Below the pieces are notes generated by a model. That model saw nothing but the letters and a program-made list of their open reading frames with translations, ran no database searches and had not been told where the DNA came from. Below, piece after piece: positions 31,403-39,938 of a DNA stretch of 41,253 nt. How positions within the stretch are numbered: the stretch's first letter is position 1; every line of letters begins with the position of its first letter. The DNA comes from a virus, in IMG/VR virus record IMGVR_UViG_3300027852_000022, positions 1 to 41,253 of that record; one strand, given 5' to 3'. The position numbers and the translations under genes were made by a program.

Positions 31403-33891
31403 TGGCAAACATCCATGATTGCTTGGCACGCGCCGTCGAAGCAGGCGAACTGAACAAGGAACACGCCGAGGCTGCGGCCTCGGAATTCGATCAGCTGGTG
31501 GCACGGTATGAACAGGCGATGCCACGCCACCAGGCTGAGGTGAGCGCGCGGGCCGATTTGAAAGAGGCAACTTCAAAGGCCCGCCGCTCACGCAGACACA
31601 TGGTCTTGAACCAATTGCAAACACTGCAGCGGATCAAGGCATTGCTGACCGAGGCGAGAGATCCCTCAAAAGCCATTCTCGACATGTTCGAAACCACGCC
31701 GAACAGCGGTTTCAAGGGCGAGAACGTGCGCTTTATCCAGGAGGCCATTCAAGCCCGGATGCGCCACGACATGCGGGAGTTCTTGGAAAAGGCTGGTCTT
31801 GGGGTGACCGGTCGCAGCAAAGACCCTGCCCTGATGCGGGATGTCATGCGTGAGCTGCATGATCAACCGACCGAGAGCGCCAATGCCAAGGAATTCGCCG
31901 ACGCAATCAGGAAGGTGAAAACATGGCTGCGGCAGTCCTTCAATGCCCACGGCGGTGACATCGGCGAGATCGCGGACCACGGCGCACGCCACAGCCATGA
32001 TGCCCGCAAGATCGAGGAAGCCGGGTTCGAGACTTGGAAAGATGCGATCTACGACAATCTAGACTGGAGCCGCATCACCGACCTCTCGACAGGCAAACCC
32101 TTTGCCGTGGCCAAAGGCGCACGCCCTTACCGTTCTGAGGCCGAAGCCTTCCTTCAGCGGGTCTTCGACAACATCACAAGCAACGGCTGGAAGGATCGCG
32201 AGCCGTCCATGAGCTTTGGCGGCAAGGCACTTTACAACAAGAATGCCGAACCACGTTTGCTGCATTTCAACAACGGCGACGGCTGGATGGACTACAACGA
32301 ACTGTTCGGCACCACGGATCCCTTCACCGCGCTCGTTGGCGGCATGGATGCATTGGCGCGGGACATCTCGCTGATGAAGGTCTTCGGGCCCAATCCCAAC
32401 GCCGGCATGGAATTTGCCATCCAGACGCTGCAAAAACGCGTGAGCACCAGCGGCAATCCAAAGCTAAAAAAGAAAGTCGATGAAAGTGCTAAACGCGCGC
32501 GGGTTTTGATGAACCATGCCACCGGCGCCATCAACCAGGCCGAAAGTGAATTCTGGGGCCGCGCCATGTCGACCGTGCGGCACGTCAACGTGTCCACCAA
32601 GTTGGGCTCGGCCGTTGTCTCGGCCGTGAGCGACTTGGCCACGCTGACGGCAGGTTCTGTCGCCATGGGACGCAACCCTACAAACATGTTAAGCAATGCT
32701 GTCTCAATGGTCTTTGCCAATGGCACGCGTAAGTCGGCGGCGCGGATGGGGTTCACCGCTGAGACGCTGCTGTCGATGATGTCGAGCTCCGCCCGTCTGA
32801 CCAATGACGAGGTGGCCAACGATTGGGCTTCGCGGCTCTCGGGTTTCACGATCCGAGCGTCCGGCCTCAGCCGCTGGACGGATGGCATGCGCCTCGCGGT
32901 ACAGATGGAAAACGCGGGCCACCTTGCCGACAATGTCGGGCGCGGCTTTGATGATCTGGACGTGATGATCCGCAAGCAGCTTGAGCGTCACGGCATTACG
33001 GCCAGAGATTGGCAGCACCTGTCCGACCCGGCTGCCCTCTTTGATGAGGGCAAGGGCGATTTCCTCACACCATTCTGGTGGCTGGAACATCAAACCACCC
33101 TGCCCCGCGGTGAAGCTGAAGGACTGGCCCTGCGGCTTCAGGCGTCGATCCAAGACCAAGTGGAATTGTTCGTCCCATCGAAGCGGATGCGGGCGACGGC
33201 CGCGTTTATCAACGACAGCCGCCCAGGGACACTTGGCGGTGAATTCTTGCGCTCCACCATCGGCTTCAAAAACTACGCGCTGTCCCTGAGCATGGGACAA
33301 ATCCATCTCTTCAACGCGCTGCCCACACCTCAGACGAAGGCAGCTTATCTTGTGACCATGGCGGCCTCGACATTGATCATGGGCGCATTGGCCATCCAGT
33401 TGAAGGAAATGGTCAAAGGCCGCGATCCGCAACCGATGGACACACCGAAGTTCTGGTTCGCGGCCCAGATGCAAGGTGGCGGCTTGGGGATCTTCGGCGA
33501 TTTTGTATTCGCAGAGAAAAACCGTTTCGGTGGAGGATTGGCGCAAACAGCAGCTGGTCCTGTTGTTGGCTTAATCGGTGACGCGGCGCGTATTCCTGCT
33601 TCAAACTTCAACCTCGCTGTCGAAGGCAAGGACACCAAGTTCGGCCGGGATGTGGCAAACTTCCTGCGCTACAACACGCCCGTGGCATCAAGCCTCTGGC
33701 CCAGCCGTGTGGCTTTCGACCGGCTGGTCTTCGATCAAATCCAAATGATGCTGGATCCCGAAGCGGAGGCGCAGATGCGCCGCGCCGAGCAGAACCAGAT
33801 CAAGAACCGTGGCAACGCCTCTTGGTGGGCTCGCGGTACACCTGCCCCTTCCCGCGCCCCTGACCTCTCCAACGCCATAGGTGGCCAATGA
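31402..33891 (+). CDS. Large internal virion / ejection protein (829 aa)
   Basis: The ATG at 31402 overlaps the upstream TGA (TGATG) and is preferred over TTG 31378. C-terminal TM-like helix AAYLVTMAASTLIMGALAI. Confidence 0.6.
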   Translation: MANIHDCLARAVEAGELNKEHAEAAASEFDQLVARYEQAMPRHQAEVSARADLKEATSKARRSRRHMVLNQLQTLQRIKALLTEARDPSKAILDMFETTPNSGFKGENVRFIQEAIQARMRHDMREFLEKAGLGVTGRSKDPALMRDVMRELHDQPTESANAKEFADAIRKVKTWLRQSFNAHGGDIGEIADHGARHSHDARKIEEAGFETWKDAIYDNLDWSRITDLSTGKPFAVAKGARPYRSEAEAFLQRVFDNITSNGWKDREPSMSFGGKALYNKNAEPRLLHFNNGDGWMDYNELFGTTDPFTALVGGMDALARDISLMKVFGPNPNAGMEFAIQTLQKRVSTSGNPKLKKKVDESAKRARVLMNHATGAINQAESEFWGRAMSTVRHVNVSTKLGSAVVSAVSDLATLTAGSVAMGRNPTNMLSNAVSMVFANGTRKSAARMGFTAETLLSMMSSSARLTNDEVANDWASRLSGFTIRASGLSRWTDGMRLAVQMENAGHLADNVGRGFDDLDVMIRKQLERHGITARDWQHLSDPAALFDEGKGDFLTPFWWLEHQTTLPRGEAEGLALRLQASIQDQVELFVPSKRMRATAAFINDSRPGTLGGEFLRSTIGFKNYALSLSMGQIHLFNALPTPQTKAAYLVTMAASTLIMGALAIQLKEMVKGRDPQPMDTPKFWFAAQMQGGGLGIFGDFVFAEKNRFGGGLAQTAAGPVVGLIGDAARIPASNFNLAVEGKDTKFGRDVANFLRYNTPVASSLWPSRVAFDRLVFDQIQMMLDPEAEAQMRRAEQNQIKNRGNASWWARGTPAPSRAPDLSNAIGGQ

Positions 33892-35774
33892 CCCGTGAAG
33901 CCTTTTCTCCGAGCCCCAGCTACCCGATCAATGGCACTGGTCCATATGAGATCACTCATCCTTACAAAGAAGGTACGTTGGTCATCGCGGCGGTCGTGGA
34001 TGGAAACCGTGTTGAGTTGCTGGGAAGTGAATATGTCGTTTCTCCCGCGGAAAGCCTGACAACCGGGGAGATCACACTCACGGCGCAATTTGCCGCCGAT
34101 TATGCTGGCGCCACGCTTTACATTCGTAGAGCGACAGAGATTGAGCAAGGTTGGCTGGGTCAATCTTCGCGCGAAAAAGGTCTTGAAGCGCAAATGGACT
34201 GGCTGGCTGAAGCCGTTCAGGATCTTCGGACTGACAGCGGTCGGACGATGCGTCTCGACAACCCCATCAAAACCGCCACCGCTTTGGCTGGCCACGTGCT
34301 TACTTTTGATGAAAGCGGCACCCCTATTCCAGGCCCGTCGGTTTCTGCGATCTCGGCGAAGGGAGATGGGGTACTCAATGAATTCGAGAAGAGCTTTACT
34401 GTAATCGATCCGGCGGGGCAAAAAACGTTCGCGCTTAATTCTGACCCGATCAACAAAATCCTTTGCGAGGTATTCGTCACCAAGTTCGGGCAAACCGAGC
34501 GTCTAAAGCAGAGCGAGTTCGCTCTTGTCGGGTTGGATATTGTTCTCACTAGTGCGGTTTTTCCACCTGCATCCGTGTCGATCCGATACCGGGTCCCGGC
34601 GCAAACCAGTGCGGCTTCGAGTACGGAACTGATTTCCGCGAACAGTGGACAAACCCTCGAAGAAGAGATCGGTCAGCGTCCTTTTTCATTTAGAGATCGA
34701 CCCGCCCTCGCGGCGCACATTGAGAAATACGGAGCGATCCCGGGTCAAGAATATCGTGAGGGGGGGCGATCTTACCTAGGCAAAGCCGGTGCCTCAGTTA
34801 TTTCTGACCTCTCGGAAATGGTCTACGGCGGTATTCTCGTCAAAGGTTCCACGCATACACTTGGTGGAGTTGACGATGGCGCTGTTCTGATCGCCAGCAA
34901 TAGGCCGGATCTGACACCCGACCCAGCTAGCCGAGGTGCGTACTTCTATCAAAACTATTCTTCCGCAAAATCTGGCTCCGGCTCTCTGTTTGGATATGCC
35001 GCCAATATTAAGCGGGTTGGTGGATCACGGAAGGTCGTTCCGGGGCAATTTAACGGCTATGCGATGGACGACAGTGGCACATCCGTTTGGGGGATTGCGA
35101 CCGAAGCATGGACCGGCGATGCAGTAACTGAGCCTATTGGAGACGCCCCACTCATAGGCGGTGAAGTCTCAATCATCTCTCAAAAACACGACAACACGAA
35201 GCCGCTTGTCGGCTCGGACGTTGTGTTCAAAAACCGCAAGGACGGGGCGACGGAGGTACTTCACGGCTCTATCGGCTCCAATGCTTTCAATCGGTACTCC
35301 AAGGGCATCAATATTTCGTCTCAGGGCCGCCCAACCTCGGGTGCATTTACCGGGTGGAATACCGGTATCTATTTTTCCTCAGACTCGCTGGACGAGAGTT
35401 TAGACGGCAAGGCCGTGGGTATTGATATGTCCGTTGTCCCATCGGCCCGGATGAAAGCGGCTTTTATGCCCCCCAAGGACGTGGCGTCTATGGCGTGGCT
35501 GGTCAACGGCGGCGGCGGCATCATGGATGGCCTCCAGTATAATGGTCCCGCACGGCAACTTGAGGTGGTTAGAAATATCGCCGGAGCCAGTCCAGAGGTT
35601 CGCCTAAAATTCGATCTTACTTCAGCGGGTCCAACCGGAACCATACTGGCGTCAGCCGGGATTGCGGCGTCAGCTACGGCGGGAGCCGGGGGTGCTCCGC
35701 CATCGACGGTGGCTGCTTATCTGCCGCTCAATATCGCCGGAGTTACCTACAAAATTCCCGTATATAGCAACTAA
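33888..35774 (+). CDS. Tail fibre / tailspike (628 aa)
   Basis: Position after the ejection proteins. GC visibly drops in the distal two-thirds, as expected for an exchanged receptor-binding part. Gly/Ser/Ala-rich beta-type sequence. Confidence 0.65.
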   Translation: MTREAFSPSPSYPINGTGPYEITHPYKEGTLVIAAVVDGNRVELLGSEYVVSPAESLTTGEITLTAQFAADYAGATLYIRRATEIEQGWLGQSSREKGLEAQMDWLAEAVQDLRTDSGRTMRLDNPIKTATALAGHVLTFDESGTPIPGPSVSAISAKGDGVLNEFEKSFTVIDPAGQKTFALNSDPINKILCEVFVTKFGQTERLKQSEFALVGLDIVLTSAVFPPASVSIRYRVPAQTSAASSTELISANSGQTLEEEIGQRPFSFRDRPALAAHIEKYGAIPGQEYREGGRSYLGKAGASVISDLSEMVYGGILVKGSTHTLGGVDDGAVLIASNRPDLTPDPASRGAYFYQNYSSAKSGSGSLFGYAANIKRVGGSRKVVPGQFNGYAMDDSGTSVWGIATEAWTGDAVTEPIGDAPLIGGEVSIISQKHDNTKPLVGSDVVFKNRKDGATEVLHGSIGSNAFNRYSKGINISSQGRPTSGAFTGWNTGIYFSSDSLDESLDGKAVGIDMSVVPSARMKAAFMPPKDVASMAWLVNGGGGIMDGLQYNGPARQLEVVRNIAGASPEVRLKFDLTSAGPTGTILASAGIAASATAGAGGAPPSTVAAYLPLNIAGVTYKIPVYSN

Positions 35775-35785
35775 GGATCGTACCA

Positions 35786-35956
35786 ATGGAAAAAGAAGAG
35801 CAAATTCAAGCATCTATACATGACCAAATCGCGCGGCACATTGGTCATCTACAAATTGATCTGATTTCAGCCCAAGTGCGCTGTTCCAAAATGCAACATA
35901 CAGCTCAAGAGATCCAAGAAGACCGTAGCGAGCCCAGTAAGAGGGCTAAAAAATGA
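35786..35956 (+). CDS. Small coiled-coil protein (56 aa), possible fibre assembly/chaperone
   Basis: Not in the ORF track. AAGGA 8 nt before the ATG. AT-rich like the fibre 3' end. Stop overlaps the next ATG. Confidence 0.4.
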   Translation: MEKEEQIQASIHDQIARHIGHLQIDLISAQVRCSKMQHTAQEIQEDRSEPSKRAKK

Positions 35957-36147
35957 CCGCACCGCCAACCGCCTCATTAGTGGCCCGTCTTATCGGTCCC
36001 TGCGGCGAGACCCACCGAAGATGGCTGACCGACCGTCCAGAACTGGCGCTCACTGCAGCACGAAATTGCCCTTCAGGTTGGCGGGTCAAACTGTCTTGCA
36101 CTGCCAGCCTCGCAAATGACAATTCCTTACCAGATGGTGAGACATGA
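35953..36147 (+). CDS. Doubtful small ORF (64 aa)
   Basis: ATGA overlaps on both sides argue for it. The composition is not convincing. Confidence 0.3.
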   Translation: MTAPPTASLVARLIGPCGETHRRWLTDRPELALTAARNCPSGWRVKLSCTASLANDNSLPDGET

Positions 36148-37778
36148 ACCAGCTTGTTCCCAATACCCGCACGACCTTGCGGCCGATAGACCATCTTCCG
36201 AATGCGTCGGGCAGAGACAGCCCCGTGATTGTCCTGGTGGGCGACAGTATCAGCACGCCAATCCCGACGGCGACCTTTGATGAGACCGCATCTCTCTGGG
36301 GGATCCTGCGCGAGGAAATCCTCAAACAGAACCCAGACGTGATGCCAAGTTTCTACAACCGGGGCATTGGCGGAGCACGTTGGGACCATCTGAGCGACAA
36401 CAAGTTTGCGACGCTCAACGCAACAGGCCTAGCCTTACCGACATGGCCCGACAATCCCACGGTAAACCCTGCAGCTGATAGCTGGATTGACACCATTGTT
36501 ACGCTGGCACCTGACGCAGTGTTTTTCAACTTCGGGATGAATGACGGCGATATTTTTGTGGAGGCGAATTTTCAGGACGTGATGAACGATTTCGCGGCCC
36601 TCCTGCCAAACACCGATCTGGTGTTCATCACAAACATGGTCCCGAACTTGTACAGCACAACCGAGAACATTGGCGGTCAGACGGCTCAGGATGGCAGGCT
36701 CTTCGTGGCCGAGCGTATGCGGTCCTATGCTTTTTACAACGATATTGGCTTAATCGATTTGGGGCGAGAGCAATGCCGCAAGGTGGCAGGGTTTGACCCC
36801 ACGCTCACCTATATGACACGGGGCGTAAATGCCGTGGCAGTTTCTACACCCTATACCATCGGACCGTGTGATCTGGACTTTGGCCTTGTCGCTGACATCC
36901 CCGTGGCAAATGTGTGGTCTAGCAGGATCAAGGTAACCATTTCCCAGACGGGAGCGAATTCCGCAAGCTGGCTGGAAATCTACCGGGACGGAGGCAAAGT
37001 CGCGGTCGAATACGTTGTTCTCGACAATGCAGCAGGCCGTTACCGAACGATAGTTTCGTCGGTGGACAGTCCGACTGAAGGGACGATGACGCTCTCTGTG
37101 TTTCTGAGTGGCCCGACGGCACGCATCGAGCTGAACGGTGAGCTGGTCGATGAGGCCATCATCATGCGCCACGGTGGCCGTTTCTCACCAGTGTTATCCT
37201 TCCTCGACGGGCGCTCAACGGCGATCACCGCCACCACCTTTCTTGGCACGTTTATGCCTGTAACGCCGCAGCTGACCTATGCCGAATGCTTCGGCTCAAC
37301 CGGCACAGCGAACGATGTTGAAGGGGGAAACGACCAGAACCACCCATCGAGCAAAGGTTGGGCCTATGTGTTCGCATCCGTCTTGGGCGACACGGACCTT
37401 CGCCTCGATCGTGGTCATGTCGCAGGTGGCATTTTGCGCACCGGGGGTGTGGTTCCGCTCATTACCGATAACAGCACATTTGAGATCGAGGCACCGTTCG
37501 ACAGCGGAACCTTTTATTTGTGGTGCGACCACCAATCCGGGGGCGCGGCTGTCGTCGGGGCGCAAGTTCATTTCTACGCAGGCGCCAGTCCTTCGGTATT
37601 GTTCTCGCAACTGGGTTCGCTCACCGAACTCGCTGCAGCAGGGACCGACCTGACCGGCACCACAGGCGCAGACACGAAATTCACCATCAGCATCAAAGAC
37701 GGGGCGATTGAGTTGGAAAACCGGCGCGGCACGGCCATCGGCAGCGCACGGTACATGTTTCTAGGTCCAAAGGGGTAA
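36144..37778 (+). CDS. Second tail spike/fibre protein with an N-terminal SGNH/GDSL esterase domain (544 aa)
   Basis: SGNH blocks: I VLVGDSIS, II RGIGGARW, III FFNFGMNDGD. Located in the fibre module. Confidence 0.7.
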   Translation: MNQLVPNTRTTLRPIDHLPNASGRDSPVIVLVGDSISTPIPTATFDETASLWGILREEILKQNPDVMPSFYNRGIGGARWDHLSDNKFATLNATGLALPTWPDNPTVNPAADSWIDTIVTLAPDAVFFNFGMNDGDIFVEANFQDVMNDFAALLPNTDLVFITNMVPNLYSTTENIGGQTAQDGRLFVAERMRSYAFYNDIGLIDLGREQCRKVAGFDPTLTYMTRGVNAVAVSTPYTIGPCDLDFGLVADIPVANVWSSRIKVTISQTGANSASWLEIYRDGGKVAVEYVVLDNAAGRYRTIVSSVDSPTEGTMTLSVFLSGPTARIELNGELVDEAIIMRHGGRFSPVLSFLDGRSTAITATTFLGTFMPVTPQLTYAECFGSTGTANDVEGGNDQNHPSSKGWAYVFASVLGDTDLRLDRGHVAGGILRTGGVVPLITDNSTFEIEAPFDSGTFYLWCDHQSGGAAVVGAQVHFYAGASPSVLFSQLGSLTELAAAGTDLTGTTGADTKFTISIKDGAIELENRRGTAIGSARYMFLGPKG

Positions 37779-37782
37779 GCGG

Positions 37783-38115
37783 ATGACCCAGCGTATCGAA
37801 AATTCAGACCGCGGCATCACGCTCAACAAAGGACTGGCATGGACCATGGCCTGTGGAATGGTCGGCGCAGGGCTTTGGGTTGGGATGCAGCTGGCCAGCG
37901 TTACGACCAAGATGGACCAAATCTCAGATGTCAGCGTGGAAGCAGCATCTGCCCGGCTGTCGCTCGAAGTTCGTATTCGATCGTTGGAAAACACAATGGC
38001 CCAGACCCGTGTCCAGTTCGAGACGCTCTACCAATCCCTCCAAGAAATCAAAGCCGATCAGCGTGAAAGCACCACGCTCCTGCGGCGCATTCTGAACGAA
38101 AGGATATCCCCATGA
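37783..38115 (+). CDS. Holin candidate / single-TM lysis-module protein (110 aa)
   Basis: One TM helix (LAWTMACGMVGAGLWVGMQLA) followed by a coiled coil. Immediately upstream of, and overlapping (ATGA), the endolysin gene. Confidence 0.5.
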   Translation: MTQRIENSDRGITLNKGLAWTMACGMVGAGLWVGMQLASVTTKMDQISDVSVEAASARLSLEVRIRSLENTMAQTRVQFETLYQSLQEIKADQRESTTLLRRILNERISP

Positions 38116-38810
38116 AGCTAATCCCGAATTGGAAACAGATTGCCAAGCGATCGCATAGCATGTGGGCCAATTACCTTGGCATCCTATGTTTGCTCGCGCC
38201 CGAGGTGATCTACTACGTGACCGAGCGCGACACCAACCCGCGCCTCTGGTGGCTGCTCGGCGTCGGCCTAATCATTTACGGCCTGCTCGGCCGCGTGAAG
38301 GACCAAGGAGTAGGTGATGGCACGACCCGCTGTGCCTCGGCCGTGACAGCCGCAGCCTTCTTGCTGGTGGCCTTCCCCCTGCTCGCAAAATGGGAAGGCA
38401 AAGAGAACCAAGCCTACCTCGATCGGATTGCGAGCCCGCCCGTCTGGACCGTCTGCTATGGCGAGACGCGCGGCGTGAAGGCAGGCGATCACTACACTGA
38501 CGCTGAGTGCCAGGCGATGCTTGAAGCGGGCTTGCTGGAATATCGTGATGGGCTGTACCAATACTTCACTGCTCGCACGATCGACACCCGCCTGACGCCG
38601 GAGCGCGACGCCGCCTATGTTTCGCTCGCCTGGAATGTGGGGATCCGTGGCGCCGGGAAAAGCACGGCGACACGGCGCTTGAATGCGGGCAGCATCGCTG
38701 GCGGCTGCACTGCGCTCACGTGGTGGAACAAGGCAGGCGGGCGCGTGGTGCGCGGCCTCGTACGCCGGCGCTCTGATGAGTACCGGCTCTGCATGCAGGG
38801 GTTGGCATGA
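38112..38810 (+). CDS. GH24 (phage-21 R-type) lysozyme with three N-terminal hydrophobic helices (232 aa)
   Basis: KWEGKENQAYLD...VWTVCYGET...YTDAECQAML...RGLVRRRSDEYRLC aligns by eye with the P21 SAR endolysin. Preceded by helices at about residues 17-36, 46-63 and 74-92. Confidence 0.85.
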   Translation: MKLIPNWKQIAKRSHSMWANYLGILCLLAPEVIYYVTERDTNPRLWWLLGVGLIIYGLLGRVKDQGVGDGTTRCASAVTAAAFLLVAFPLLAKWEGKENQAYLDRIASPPVWTVCYGETRGVKAGDHYTDAECQAMLEAGLLEYRDGLYQYFTARTIDTRLTPERDAAYVSLAWNVGIRGAGKSTATRRLNAGSIAGGCTALTWWNKAGGRVVRGLVRRRSDEYRLCMQGLA

Positions 38811-39070
38811 TCCGCCTCGCCATACCCTATATTCTGGCCGCTGTGATAGCCTCCGCTGGAGTTTGGTGGATCATGTCCATGAAAGCCGACAATGCCGCCC
38901 TGCGAACTGAAAATGAGCGCATCAAATTGACCTTGGCGGGATGTACCGCCCGGGCTGCCAATCGATCTGAGGACAAGGAAAGCGACAATGCGGTTGATAA
39001 TATGCCTGATCTTCGTGCCGTTCCTGATCACTGGCTGCTCCCCGGCCCCGGCGGTGGTGGCCTCTACTGA
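38807..39070 (+). CDS. i-spanin (Rz-like; 87 aa)
   Basis: N-terminal TM helix, coiled-coil middle. ATGA overlap with the endolysin stop. Contains the start of the o-spanin gene in another frame. Confidence 0.7.
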   Translation: MIRLAIPYILAAVIASAGVWWIMSMKADNAALRTENERIKLTLAGCTARAANRSEDKESDNAVDNMPDLRAVPDHWLLPGPGGGGLY

Positions 39071-39212
39071 GGCGTCATTCTGTGATGTCGAAGAGAAGCG
39101 CCGGTTCACGCGCGAGGAAATCCATTGGCGCGCTGCAAATGCCCCGTGGAACCTGCGGCGAGATTACAAAACCAATCTGACCTATGAGCGCGAGTGTGAA
39201 GCAGAGGAATGA
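38988..39212 (+). CDS. o-spanin (Rz1-like lipoprotein; 74 aa)
   Basis: Signal peptide with lipobox LITG-C. Starts inside the i-spanin gene and extends past it (overlapped architecture). Confidence 0.7.
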   Translation: MRLIICLIFVPFLITGCSPAPAVVASTEASFCDVEEKRRFTREEIHWRAANAPWNLRRDYKTNLTYERECEAEE

Positions 39213-39235
39213 CATGAGGACTGCAAGGTTAGCGA

Positions 39236-39634
39236 TTACTGCTTCAAGAACTCAGCTTGCAAGCCTGCACTTATATTTCCAAATACGAACCGGCCCGTCA
39301 TTCCATTGCTCAAACGTGCGGTCGCAGTCCCAGCAAGCCCCGTGGCGTCACGCGTGGCGATCACTTTTCCGGTCTGACCATTGTTGCATTTGATCGGAAT
39401 GGTAATTGTAGGGCTGCCGCCTTTCGCGCTGTAGTTCCCGTTGCACTCCAATCCCCTAAGCGTCGAAACATCGATCGTGCCCTGATAGGTTCTGGTGTCG
39501 ATAACGATGTTACCTTGAGCCTCTTCGCCATTGCTCAGCCGACCGACAACGGGGAACGCAATCTGGGGTGGAATGCATGCGGCTACGGTCAAAGAGAAAG
39601 CGCCAATGGCGAGAATTTTGCTACTAAGTTTCAT
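39236..39634 (-). CDS. Lipoprotein moron (132 aa)
   Basis: Signal peptide MKLSSKILAIGAFSLTVAA-C with a lipobox. AT-rich relative to the surroundings. Opposite strand, convergent with the lysis genes. Confidence 0.75.
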   Translation of the reverse strand: MKLSSKILAIGAFSLTVAACIPPQIAFPVVGRLSNGEEAQGNIVIDTRTYQGTIDVSTLRGLECNGNYSAKGGSPTITIPIKCNNGQTGKVIATRDATGLAGTATARLSNGMTGRFVFGNISAGLQAEFLKQ

Positions 39635-39781
39635 CGGTCGCTACCTTCTAAATTAACAATGCCTCAACCATTGATTGATTCGCTCGTCTTGACAACTGAA
39701 AGAGATGGAGTAGTTTCATTGTTGCAGATCGCAAAATCGCTCTGCCGGGACTGCAAACCCGTCTAAACCTTAGGTGCCGCC

Positions 39782-39808
39782 AGCCGCACCGTTTACGTGC
39801 GGCTTTTT
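39782..39808 (+). terminator. Orphan plus-strand rho-independent terminator
   Basis: Stem AGCCGCAC / GTGCGGCT (8 bp), loop CGTTTAC, then TTTTT. There is no plus-strand ORF upstream of it. Confidence 0.6.
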
Positions 39809-39910
39809 CTATGGTCAGGCGCAGTGGGAGGTCTTTTGGCCTGCCGCTTCCTAAGGGCGGTTTTGCAGACCTGCTGTTGCCTGGCCACCCCGACTGCAAA
39901 CGGCGCGGCT

Positions 39911-39926
39911 AGGTTCATTCGAACCT
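39911..39926. promoter_or_regulatory. Palindrome abutting the RBS of the BRO-N gene (operator candidate)
   Basis: AGGTTC-ATTC-GAACCT with 6-bp arms, ending 1 nt before TAGGAGG and 13 nt before the ATG at 39939. Confidence 0.35.
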
Positions 39927-39938
39927 TAGGAGGCCGCT

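Noticed and set aside
8396-34493. Long minus-strand ORFs of 250-316 aa inside plus-strand genes: 8396-9346, 14025-14918, 16156-17025, 23025-23891, 26493-27404, 32704-33546, 33735-34493.
   Set aside because: Each lies antisense to a much longer ORF with recognisable motifs (helicase, portal, scaffold, adaptor/nozzle, ejection proteins, fibre). Their translations are Arg/Pro/Gly/Ala-rich and low-complexity, as expected for shadow ORFs in GC-rich DNA. None has an SD or operon context.
33888-37778. A diversity-generating retroelement or an invertible (Gin/Cin-type) fibre segment.
   Set aside because: There is no reverse transcriptase and no template/variable repeat pair near the fibre 3' ends. 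The only resolvase-like pattern (19822-20313) is 14 kb away and lacks catalytic residues. I see no inverted repeats flanking the fibre tip.
39860-39938. An alphaproteobacterial SOS box (GTTC-N7-GTTC or GAAC-N7-GAAC) upstream of the antirepressor-like gene.
   Set aside because: GTTC and GAAC are present only as the inverted pair GGTTC-ATTC-GAACC, with the wrong spacing and orientation for the direct-repeat LexA box. I report it only as a generic palindrome. LexA control remains untested rather than supported.
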